Assembly (NCBI GenBank): GCA_003344405.1
Contig: NOWV01000126.1
Location: 1-64,000, forward strand
Direction: 5' to 3'
Origin: Trichoplax sp. H2
Lineage: Eukaryota
Length of the DNA: 64,000 nt
The notes below the pieces were generated by a model, which saw only the letters and a program-made list of their open reading frames with translations, was not told where the DNA came from and ran no database searches. Position 1 is the first letter of the stretch, and each line of letters starts with the position of its first letter. Positions 36,601 through 48,100 of this stretch are shown in pieces. A program made the translations under genes and the position numbers.

Positions 36601-39600
36601 ATTCTATTTTCTTGCCTTCCTATGCAGCCCAAAACCGCATTAACCCGATCATGTTGGTGGACAATAATATAATGTACAGCAGGATCGATTTTATAACCAT
36701 TGACTTCTTTCAACAGTCAAGAAAATTGGTTAACAACAATGAAAACAGAAACAAATTTAGACAGTGGCTATCGTCCCATCATTAAAAGGTTGGACTAAAT
36801 ACCACCAACAATTAATACGAAAGTAAGCCGTAACTGTTTTCCTTTCTATTTTTTTTTACTTCCTTCCTTGTGGATAGTAGAAAGTACAATTTTGGTAATG
36901 ATAACTTAGAAGGCTGAAATGATTCAAGTTAAAGCATTTTATCATGGCCTAATAGTCCAATTTTTAAATCCAAAAGAGAAATGCAACCATTCCTATTTTT
37001 TTTATCTTCCATGTTCTTCCAATGAATTGGAAGAAGACTATGGGGCTGTTGGGCTTTATTTTTTAAATAAATGGCCTTTCAAAGTTGATCTAATTACGGT
37101 AAGCTTCCATTCTTGAGCCAATGAAAGCATTACCTGATCAGTGGAGAATGTACTGGGATGTTCTCAAGCTAGCTTTCTTTTTCGATATGATTATTGAACA
37201 TTTCATCCCTTCCACTGGTAATTAGAGTATAAGCTATTGAAATGAACTTAAGCGTAACGAATTCTCATTTTCATTCCATCAAAACGAGTATAAGAAACCT
37301 ATTGGTAGTAATGAAATTGATGCCACAAAATGCATCGGATGGTAATACCTTCTTCCCACATCCCCTTTGTACCATCGTAGCCGTATTTTCCAGACTCTAC
37401 AATGATGGCAATGACGAATTGAACAAGAATTGATCACTTGGCATGGAGAAAAAAAAAAACCTAGTATCATGTTGTATGCTAGAAAGGAGTTTTCTTCAAT
37501 GTGATGGCGTAACTGGCATGAAATGATGTTTCTTTCCCCTATCAATGGCGCTAGTGTTATGCTAAGTTCTATTTTCCTTCTTGAGAAAACAAATGTATCC
37601 AAAATATAAAGTTAATGTATCAATACTAAAATACTCCTATTTTCTGGGTCAACAAGTATGGCAAGTATGATGAGAAGAGGGTATTTTGGGGGGAGAACTT
37701 TATGCCTTACTGTCAATGTCTGCTTACTTGAATTATGAATCTCATTTTGAATCATACATGTACGAGAATAACGTGCAGTAAGCTTGAACCCTAGCAAGAA
37801 AATGCAATTAAGGTGGTAAAGTCTATTCCTTTTGCCGATACATTCATTTCAGCTGTCCAGTTCTAACAGTATAAAATGGATGATTGTGATCAGACCCCCC
37901 TCCCCCCCCCCAAAAAAAATGGAGGCATTCATTTTGCTGGCGTTTCCATCTCTACACGCTCATTATTGGGCCATTTTAGCTGATTATTGTTGACGAAATC
38001 GACAAGGATTACTCAAACAGTAATAGGAAATTAAACAGTACAATAACCTCTTCATACTAGTAAGTACAGTATCATTTTAAGCAAGATGAAAAAAAGAGTT
38101 TTCTACCATGACAATTGGTAAAATAGAAGGCGGAAGTAAGGTGGCAATGGATTGCCTATCAAAAAGTAAAATGATGATCGACAACAGTATCAGTTTCATG
38201 CTGTTGAAAATGCTTAATCAAATATAGAAATGCGTCGATGGATAGATTCATTTATCGCCATCATCTTTTGGCTATTCATTTTAGTAGGGAAAAAATGGTC
38301 AGGTTGATCAATATTAAAACTACGGTATAATATCTTAAAGCCAATATCGACAGTTCAATCGATCAAGGTCAATGAGAAAAAATATGCTCTTGGAAAGGAA
38401 AAGCCTTTTGGAAGTCCTATTGATGAATGCTCTATCATTCGCCTTGTATGATCGATGATGAAGACAGTCTAGCCATGCAATCAAGTTTATCCTATCCAAT
38501 CAGTCGACATGGCATGCGATGACAAGGGCTTTGATCAACTTTTATCGATGTACTTGGACTAGGATCCATAGCAATATTATTAGGTATTATCAAGTAGACG
38601 AAAGAGGATTAATCAACCGTGACAAATGAAATGGTCGAATAGGGGAGTATATCATGTTGATCAAAGTATGGCTACTTCTTTCCAATTATGGAAATTGGAC
38701 ATTAAAAGATAAACTATCCTACTTATAGCATCCAACAGCGTGAAAAAGTATTTCCACTCTTGTGGGTTGGGTATTGAAAGAGGCTGACGAAAACAACATA
38801 AATCAACAATAATCAAGATGGATTTTGTATCCTCTACCATGATGCTATTATTGTCTACCAGATGAAGAGAACTGATATGCTATCCAATTTCCATCTTTCA
38901 TCGCTGATGATGAGCAATATGATTATCATTGTCATCATTAGAGGTAGGTGGTGTAGGATTTGTGATGGTTAATCCGTTTCAACTGTACATTTTCCATGGA
39001 CTATTGCAACATAGTGTGTGTATCTGCATGATATACTGGTCGACGATGGAACAAGGGAGAAAGAGAGTTGTTCAAGGCTTGAAATGATAATCTCTCTTCC
39101 TTTTGATGCTCAATAGATGAAAAATGAATAAAAAAAAATACAGATTGCTTGGGATAAAATGATGCAAAAGTAAGATAGTAGATTGATCAAGAAGAAAGAA
39201 GGGAAAAGCGTGTATGAAAGACTTTGTATTCAAGCAATACTTGATTTACTGTATTTACCTGGATCGGAAAGATTCTTTCCAAAATTGGCAAGCACCTTCA
39301 TCGACGATACGATAATCATCAATGTTATACTGACCTGAAGGAAAGATTGCTTTCAATTCAGTCAGCATATGACTAAATATCAAGCTCATCTTATTGAGCG
39401 TACAACGATAGATGGTTCGTGTATCGTATATTTTCTCTTTAGCAGCTTTGAATAAATTGGTTGTATATTTGCATTTTTTCATTAAATTACCAAAATAAAA
39501 GGTTAGATATTCAATTTGATTTAATTTATCCAAGTCGCCGCGTTGTTCTTGTATGACAGTCAAGATATGATGTTGTATTTGTGTTAAAATATCAATGATA

Positions 39601-39836
39601 TAAGGTGGATTATTTTTTAAATTCATTTTAGGCCGTTGGCATAGCTTGACAATTTTGGTTAAGATGCGTGTTACTTTATCCACTAATTTGCGATCAATCC
39701 ACAATGCTAAAGGTTCATCGGAGGATAAATTATTGGATAACCCATCATGATTGTTGGTGGATGCGGATAATCCAAACTGAAAACGATTGAAAAATCCACG
39801 AGCAATATTACCTACAGGAGAGACCGAATTAGCCAT
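30640..39836 (-). CDS. CBL: E3 ubiquitin ligase CBL (TKB + linker + RING + UBA), multi-exon
   Basis: Exon 1 (39259-39836) carries [21 protein letters not shown]...LSLIFSH-like [19 protein letters not shown]. Then [16 protein letters not shown]...[29 protein letters not shown], the [22 protein letters not shown]...EPCGHLMC...CPFCR and a C-terminal UBA ([21 protein letters not shown]). Confidence 0.97.
35170..36500. repeat. Tandem array with alternating ~106/~146-bp units in CBL intron 1
   Basis: The anchor AAGCTTTTGCTATTTGCTA occurs at about 35383, 35489, 35636, 35717, 35862, 35968, 36114 and 36258, with diverged copies at both edges. Confidence 0.92.
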
Positions 39837-39909
39837 TGTATATGAAAGGAATGGCTCAATCCAATTTAGTCAGAAATGTTGGTGTACAAATGACGAAAGA
39901 GCGCTTCTA

Positions 39910-40350
39910 TCACTCCACCTAAGCTGATGTTGTTGTCCTTGATGTACTGTAATGGAGCAAGATGGAAGTTGGAAAATGGATACCACCAATCTTCTCTTTA
40001 TCCTCCTTGTCTTGGAGCGCTTTCAATCTCTCTACCTAAGCTGATGTTGTTCTCCTTGACGTCCTGTAATGGAGCAAGATGGAAGTTGGAAAATGGATAC
40101 CACCAATCTTCTCCTTATCCTAGTCTTCAAGTGCTTCAATCTCTCTACCTAAGCTGATGTTGTTCTCCTTGACTTGCTGTAATAATGGAGCAAGATGAAT
40201 GTTGAAAAATGGACACCACCAATCTTCTCTTTATCCTTGTCTTGGAGCGCTTAAATCTCTCCACCTAAGCTGATGTTGTTGTCCTTGACGTACTGTCCGA
40301 TGAAAGTTGAAAAATGGATACAACCAATTTTCTCTTTATCCTTGTCTTCA
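39910..40350. repeat. ~115-bp tandem repeat, 4 copies, immediately upstream of the CBL ATG
   Basis: The anchor ACCTAAGCTGATGTTG occurs at 39917, 40034, 40147 and 40263. Confidence 0.92.
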
Positions 40351-40827
40351 TCGATTGTAGTCTAAATGGATTATTACTCAAATCAATTTCGATAGGAAGA
40401 ATGATGTTATCCACTGTTTTCTATTTCTTTTTCTTTTTTTTTTCCCCTTCCTTCCTAACGATAATGAATTAACCAAGGCCGGATGGATGGCTTGCTCAAA
40501 TTCAGGCACAAATCATCCAATATTGCCAGGTAGGGACAAGCCCGATGGAAAAGAACGACGCCTGCTTAACTCGTAATAATCAATCAACAGAAATACTTTC
40601 CTTTCACTCACTTTAAAGGCATCAGGAACGAGCTTTCTCCGTCAATATTCTCTATCCTAGGCATGCATAACTAGCAATTACTTTGCAATAATATCGATCG
40701 CCAGAAGAAATTAATTAATTAATTTCTACTATTGACGATCTTTTTTACTGGGGCCGATCAAGCTTTGCAACCTAGTCTGCTTGTCTGTCTATCCGATGCC
40801 GGCCGCTTCGTCAGGCTACAGTGTTTC

Positions 40828-41255
40828 TCTACAGTGTACAGTATCTGCGTACTGTACACTGGCTGGTCTCCTTCAAGCGGATTGGGACCGGATTGCGGTC
40901 TGACGATTCATACATCGATCTGGTGGGATCGGATGGGATCGTTTCGTACCTTGCTCGTGGAAACACCTTCCCACTCCATTCAATATTGATCATCATAAGG
41001 ACATTAGCTTACAGTGTACAGTATCTGCGTACTGTACACTGCGTACTGTACACTGCGTACTGTACTGTACACTGGCTGGTCTCCTTCAAGCGGATTGGGA
41101 CCGGATTACGGTCCGACGATTCATACATCGATCTGGTGGGATCGAATGGGATCGGATAAGATCGGATAAGATCGGATGAGATCGTTTCCTACCTTGCTCG
41201 TGGAAACACCTTCCCACTCCATGCAATATTTGATCATCATTAGGACATTAGCTTG
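40828..41255. repeat. Direct duplication of a ~180-240-bp relatively GC-rich unit
   Basis: GGCTGGTCTCCTTCAAGCGGATTGGGACCGGATT...GGAAACACCTTCCCACTCCAT occurs twice. The second copy has expanded ACTGCGTACTGTAC and CGGATAAGAT sub-repeats. Confidence 0.9.
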
Positions 41256-41289
41256 CTTTCGTTGCCTACAATTGATCAATCTTTACTAC

Positions 41290-42840
41290 AAGAATCGTCC
41301 TCTAAAGTGTCTGTGAACAAGTCCCCCTGCCCTACCATGGACTTTTTGCCTAGAACTACTACAAATTTACAGGTATCCAAATAGTGACCAGCCCGAGTTA
41401 CAACCTGTAAACAAGTCTTCCCTGCCCTAGGCTCATTCACGCCGTGGACTTTTGGCTAGAACTACCACAAGTTTACAAGTATCCAAATGGTGGCCAGCCC
41501 AAGTGAAAACCTGTAAACAAGTCCTCCTTGCCCTAGGCTCATTCACGCCGTGGACTTTTGGCTAGAACTACCACAAGTTTACAAGTATCCAAATGGTGGC
41601 CAGCCCAAGTGAAAACCTGTAAACAAGTCCTCCCTGCCCTAGGCTCATTCACGCCATGGACTTTTGCCTTGAACTACCACAAGTTTACAAGTATCCAAAT
41701 GGTCGCCAACCCAAGTTAGACTTGATGCAATACAGTAGCCATCAAACAGGCAGGTTGACAATCAATCCATCCTTACCACAACAATCGTCTTGCAAAGTAC
41801 TTGGAAACAAGTCTCCCCTGCCCTAGGTTCAATCATACCATGGACTTTTGGATAGAACTACCACAAGTTTACAAGTATCCAAATGGTGGTCAGTCCAAGT
41901 TAGACCTTGATGCATTACAGTAGCCATCCAACAAGCAGGTTGATAATCAATCCATCCTTACCACAACAATCATTTCTTCAAAGTACCTGTAACAAGTCCC
42001 CTGATTGAACTACCCAGTCTACAGCAAAGAATGTTCTACTATCCAAATGGTAGCCTATCCAAGTTTGCCTTGATGCAATACAGTAACCGTAACCATAAGT
42101 AGGGAAGTGACAATGAATCCATCCTTGCCACAACAATCACTCTCCAAGCAAGTCCCCTGATGCAACTACCCAGTCTAGAATCGTCGCCAGCCCAAGTTTG
42201 GCTTGATGCAATACAAGTAAGCATGAAATAGGGAAGTCTACAATCAATTAATCCTAACCACAACAATCGTCCACCAAAGTGCCTGTAACAAGTTGCTTGA
42301 TAGAACTACCCAGTCTACAACTGAGAATGTTGCGGTAGCCAATTGAAATTTGAATTGATGCAATACTGATGAAATTGGCAGATCATCAATTAATCCTTAC
42401 CTCAACAATTGTCCATCAAAGTATCTGCAACAAGTCCCTGATAGAACTACCCAGTCTACAACTGAGAATGTTGCGGTAGCCAATTGAAATTTGAATTGAT
42501 GCAATACTGATGAAATAGGCAGATCATCAAGCAATCCTTCCCTCAACAATCGTCCATCAAAGTACCTGCAACAAGTCTCTGATAGAACTACCCAGTCTAC
42601 AACTGAGAATATTGTGGTAGGCAGTTGAAATTTGACTTGATGCAATACCGATAAAATAGGCAGATCATCAATCAATCAATCAATCAAGCAATCCTTACCA
42701 CAACAATCGTCCACCAAAGTACCTGCAACAAGTCCCTGATAGAGCTACCCAGTCTACAACAAGGAATGTTCTGCTATCCAAACGGTAGCCAATCCAAGTT
42801 TGGCTTGATGCAATACAGTAACCATGAAATTGGGAGGTTT
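41290..42840. repeat. Degenerate tandem array grading from ~106-bp to ~141-157-bp units
   Basis: A (T)AGAACTAC-like anchor occurs at about 41350, 41457, 41563, 41669, 41853, 42006, 42161, 42301, 42442, 42583 and 42740. Confidence 0.9.
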
Positions 42841-43714
42841 TTAACCCAATCTCTATTCTACATCACTCGCTTGCTTGCATACAACTTGCTTGTTTTAGCA
42901 ACACCTAGGAGTAAGTTGTTGCAACGAGTTCTACACGTATCCTATATCACTATTGTACAGTAATTCACCGACTGTATTTTTATACAGTCTTCTCATATTA
43001 ATCTTCAGCTCGTCATTGGGGCTACACTCCAAATAGTTACTTTGATGATGGGGCAGATACTTTTGCAGGTAATAATGATGCGAGAAGGCGCTAGAAAATG
43101 GAGAACCGTTGAAACAGCAATGACTGCCCTAACTGTAAGCAATGTAGTCATGCTGCTTGCGACATTTTAGGACTATCGTCTACAGCAATCATGTTGCATG
43201 TCTGCATCCAATGAAGTACAGTGATCTACTCGACCAGTCGTCCTTGCCCTTTCGCTAGCGTAATCATCCATCGGTCCTTGCTTGGCCATCTTCAATGTAG
43301 TCATAACGATAAAGTGGGAAAGCTTGCCACACTTTCTTCATTATACACTAGCATAGTCAAGCGATGACAAATGCACTTCGCTGGAACAGGAATGATAGCG
43401 CTACTGTACATTACAAGCTGCTTCTATCTTACTTTTACTCGTACAGTCATGAAATGAATTGCAACACTTGATTGCGATGCAGTGGATTGATTAATCGATC
43501 ATGCCCTATCATTGAGTAATACAGCCGCTACAATTAGCCATTTTAAAGTCGATATCAAGCGACAAAGTTACTCGTTGGAGAAAGCAAGTAGACCACACTA
43601 CTAGAGTGCATTGAACGGCTAGTTGCACCACTCGGGTACAAACTCCTCCTTGATGTTACAATGTTAATATCAATTTTATGTTTTGCAACATTGCTGTAAA
43701 ACTAGGGTGGAATG

Positions 43715-44360
43715 AGCTTTGGATTATTTCCTCTACAGCTCTCTAGTAGCCCAACAGTCTCAAGTGAATGTTGCTCTGCTGTACCACTAGGGTGCAAACT
43801 CCATATTGAAATCACCATGTCAATATCCATTTCATCTTCTACGAGTACAACATTACTATAGCAGAGTGGATTATTTTCCTCTACAGCTCTCTAGTAGCCC
43901 AACAGTCTCGAGTGAATGTTGCTCTGCTGCATATTTTAGGGTGCAAACTCCATATTGAAATCACCATGTCAATATCCATTTCATCTTCTACGAGTACAAC
44001 ACTACTATACTAGAGTGGATTATTTTTCTCTTCTGCTCTCCAGTAACCCAACAGTCTCAAGTGAATGTTGCTCTGCTGCACCATTAGGGTGCAAACTCCA
44101 TATCGAAATCACCATGTCAATATCCATTTCATCTTATACAACACTACTGTACTAGAGTGGATTATTTTTCTCTACTGCTCTCCAGTAGCCCAACAGTCTC
44201 AACTGAATGTTGCTCTGCTGCACCACTAGGGTGCAAACTCCATATTGAAGTCACCGTGTCAATATCCATTTCATCTTCTACGAGTAAAACTCTACTATAC
44301 TAGAGTGGATTATTTTTTTCTACTGCTCTCCAGTACCCCAACATGCTCAAGCGAATGCCT
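43715..44360. repeat. ~147-bp tandem repeat, 4 full copies plus a partial one
   Basis: The anchor GGATTATTT occurs at 43721, 43868, 44017, 44159 and 44307. AGGGTGCAAACTCCATAT is shared by the full copies. Confidence 0.92.
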
Positions 44361-44380
44361 TTTGGCCCTTCTTGAAGCAG

Positions 44381-44696
44381 CAATTGTCAAATAAATATCA
44401 TACTCATGAGAGAGCCTAGACTTCAATTGGCCAAGTCTCTCTTAATATCCATATTGTACAAGGTTTCGCTCAATGGCAGCGATTGCAATTGTCAAATAAA
44501 TATCATACTCATGAGAGAGCCTAGACTTCAATTGGCCAAGTCTCTCTTAATATCCATATAGTACAAGGTTTCGCTCAATGGCAGCGATTGCAATTGTCAA
44601 ATAAATATCATACTCATGAGAGAGCCTAGACTTCAATTGGCCAAGTCTCTCTTAATATCCATATAGTACAAGGTTTCGCTCAATGGCAGCGATTGC
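44381..44696. repeat. 105-bp near-perfect tandem repeat, 3 copies
   Basis: CAATTGTCAAATAAATATCATACTCATGAGAGAGCC starts at 44381, 44486 and 44591. Confidence 0.95.
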
Positions 44697-45101
44697 TATT
44701 GTAGACCGCCATTCATCCAATACAGTAAAATAGCATAAGAGTACTGCAGTGGTACTTGATTTCACGTGATGGTCTACTCTAAGACAACAAATCTCCTGCT
44801 GGAGATACTTTATTGTCAACATCGACACCAAATCCAAAGCGATTGCTGTCGGTAATCAACACTATGTCAACATTGACTAGTAGAAATCGGACGTTGCCAA
44901 CATTAAGCTACCGACAGCATCGCAGGTGTGGATAAAATCGCCTTCTCGAGTTCTCAACCTTCCAATCAAGCGTTAAGTGAAACATTTGTTCAGGTTGAAA
45001 TTGGACGCAGGTTGATTGCAAGAGACGTGTGGTACAATCGATCCCAAATTCCCGAGATAGTGCTTCAATAACTTATTGGAAAGGTGTCTGCCTACAGTGC
45101 G

Positions 45102-48100
45102 ATGAATCAAGAACAAGAATTAGATTCCTTCTTGGATAAAATCAACAATGTCGGTATGTAAATCGCAAGCACTCATTAGTCTATTCCATTTTCTGCTAGC
45201 ATTAATAAATGGACATGGGTTAACCTTGATAGATCGCAATCACACTCATCTTGATATACAGTATAAACAAGGGACAAACTTTATCCGTTGCTTATGATGA
45301 TGATAATTACCGATAGACTATCAGTCAACAATCGAATGCTATAGGAGAAAGGCTCCAAATCAATACATAGGGCTAAAGCAATGGCTACTTGGCTACATCG
45401 ATCAACAATAAACATGGCAGATAGAGTGGGTAGCTTAATATACTGTATAGACATTCTCTGCTAGCATCCGTAAATGGACATTGGTTATCCTTGATACAAC
45501 GCTTTCCCACTCGTCTTGATCTAGGCTATAAACAAGGGACAAACTTTATCCGTTGCTTGGGTTTGACGATGATGATTCATTATCGATAGACTATCGGTCA
45601 AGAATCGTGCTATAGGAGAAAGCCTCGAGATTAATAAGACGGAGGCCTAAAGCGTTGGCTAGTTACTTGGCTACGTCGATCAGTAATAAACATGACAGAT
45701 AGGACTATAAACAACGGACAAACTTCGTCTGTAGTTTCTGTAGTTTTTGTACGATGATGATCGGTAGACGATCAGTCAAGAATCGTGCTCGAAGAGAAAG
45801 CCTCCAAATTAATACATAGGGCTACAGCAATGGCTACTTGTCTACATCGATCAACAGTAAACATGACAGATAGGACGGGTAGTTAATATACTATAAACAA
45901 CGGACAAACTTCGTCTGTAGTTTTAGTACGATGATGATCGGTAGACGATCAGTCAACAATCGTGCTAGAAGAGAAAGCCTCCAAATTAATACATAGGGCT
46001 AAAGCAATGGCTACTTGGCTACATCGATCAACAGTAAACATGACAGATAGGACGGGTAGCTTAATGTACTGCAAACAACGGACATACATTATCCGTTGCT
46101 TGGGTATGGCGATGATGAATAATTATCGATCGACGATCAGTCTACAATCGTGCTAGAAGAGAAAGCCTCCAAATTAATACATAGGGCTAAAGCAATGGCT
46201 ACTTGGCTACATCGACCAACCATCAACATGACAGATAGGACGGGTAGCTTAAAGAACTTCTTGAAATTGCCTGTGCTCTTAGCAGGATCAGCTAGACTCA
46301 AACTGCAAATTTTAGCGACGAGTAAAGAACGAATGTTGATCTTTCAAGTTGTAGCTATGGACTACTGAATGATTGGTAATTTAGAAGTCCATGTTCGAAC
46401 ACAGTAAATAGTGAGTAATCACTGATCAATGTTCTTCGAGAAAGGCTCCAAAATAATATGTAATCCACAGGGCTAAAGGATATGTTAGAATACTTGGCTA
46501 GATCGATCAACAGTACAGATAGAATACGTTAGCTCGCACTGATCAACTTGACTATGCTCTAGCGGCATAAGCAATACACGAATCGCAATTTAAACTTGAT
46601 TGAACGGTCAAGAATCAATCCATGTTTATCTTTTAACTTCTACGACTGTTTGGGTAGACTGCTAAGCAATAATCATGGATTATTGCGGTACTTAGAATAA
46701 CGTACCTAACACTGATGAACTTGACTAAACTAACCGCGTTCTAGCAATACAAAATAATAGACTGACTGCAACTTTAACTTTTTATAAATAACGGAGATTT
46801 ATTTGGGACGCTTCTATAACTGTTTTTCGTGAAGCGATCACGGCCGGATGAGGAAAAGGCTGGAAAAAAACACACAGTCCTAAAGCGTACATTAACTACC
46901 AGCCTATCGATACATCGATAATGCAGTGCCAGTGCAGTAACTTCCCCTTATTAATTTTGCGAAGCAGACTGTAATCGATTATCTGTAATAAAATACTAAC
47001 AACAGCTGAAACTTGAAACATAAATATCCAATCTTAAAGTGTTACAATAATAATAATACTGTTCCGATGAACTCCTATGGATAGTAACTGTAAGACAAGA
47101 CTTTCTCGATTGATGTAACCTAACATCATTTAGAAAAATCGTTTTACCAATAGTATAATCCTTCTACGCGTAAATTCAATGCAAACGACAACTTGCAATG
47201 ACTTTCGTTGGTCATTTTATAGCAATCTACTCAAATAGTATTCAATTGTCCAGAAATGGATACCCTTCTCAGTCGGATTACTATTCAGGTCAACATCGTT
47301 CAAGCTACCCGATGATAATGTTCTTTATCGGATAGTGCATAGTAAGTTCTTATCAACTTGATCATGACAGCATCTTATTCAAGTTTATTAAACGATAACC
47401 AGTTGAGAACACTTTATTGCAATGATATTTACCATCATAATTTGTTAAGGAATGAACGCTGAAACGATGGATAATTCCAATTGACAAACACTTTTTCTCA
47501 CCATAAAATACATAACAGCCTTCACCTACATTTTCTGGCTTGTAATAAGCTAATGAATACGCGCTTACTGTCGAATTATTACTTTCAATGCATACAGAAT
47601 CACTGGTCAAAGACTTAGCTTCTTCTGATACTGGTGTTGCTAAAGAGGCAATGTCAAAAGCTGATGAATTGATTGGCAACCAGAAATTAAAATATGATAA
47701 AAGTTCCATCAATAAATCAACCACAAGCAGTCAATACGTAAGCATTTTATTAACGTATTTTACTCCAAAATTGTCGTTAATATGATGTACCTTACCAATG
47801 CTATAGGTTATGAAGATTATACTCGTAGTATTCAACTTTAATGAAAGTAATAATATTGCTAAAGCTATGATAGATTACCTCTCTTTACCTTTACTAAGCT
47901 GTTATAAAATGCCATTTGTTCACTATTATAGAATGATAATCCCCAGCAATCCATTGATCAAGGTCAGCATCGGTTAAACTAACATTATCCATTTGTTTAA
48001 ATGATATGACAAAACCTTTGCAAATTTCTCCAATCATTAAGTTGATAATTACTGCTGACTGGCAGAAGCATTTTGTAGATCTTTACAATTGGATGCTGAA

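Noticed and set aside
36489-36785. Possible nested gene in CBL intron 1
   Set aside because: Short ORFs with no recognisable motif or convincing splice structure.
44840-45100. RFX X-box expected upstream of ciliary TTC12
   Set aside because: Only half-site matches (e.g. GTTGCCAAC); no convincing full palindrome.
45290-46150. Box C/D snoRNA cluster suggested by recurring GATGATGA in intronic repeats
   Set aside because: No consistent downstream CTGA box D or terminal stem in the units.
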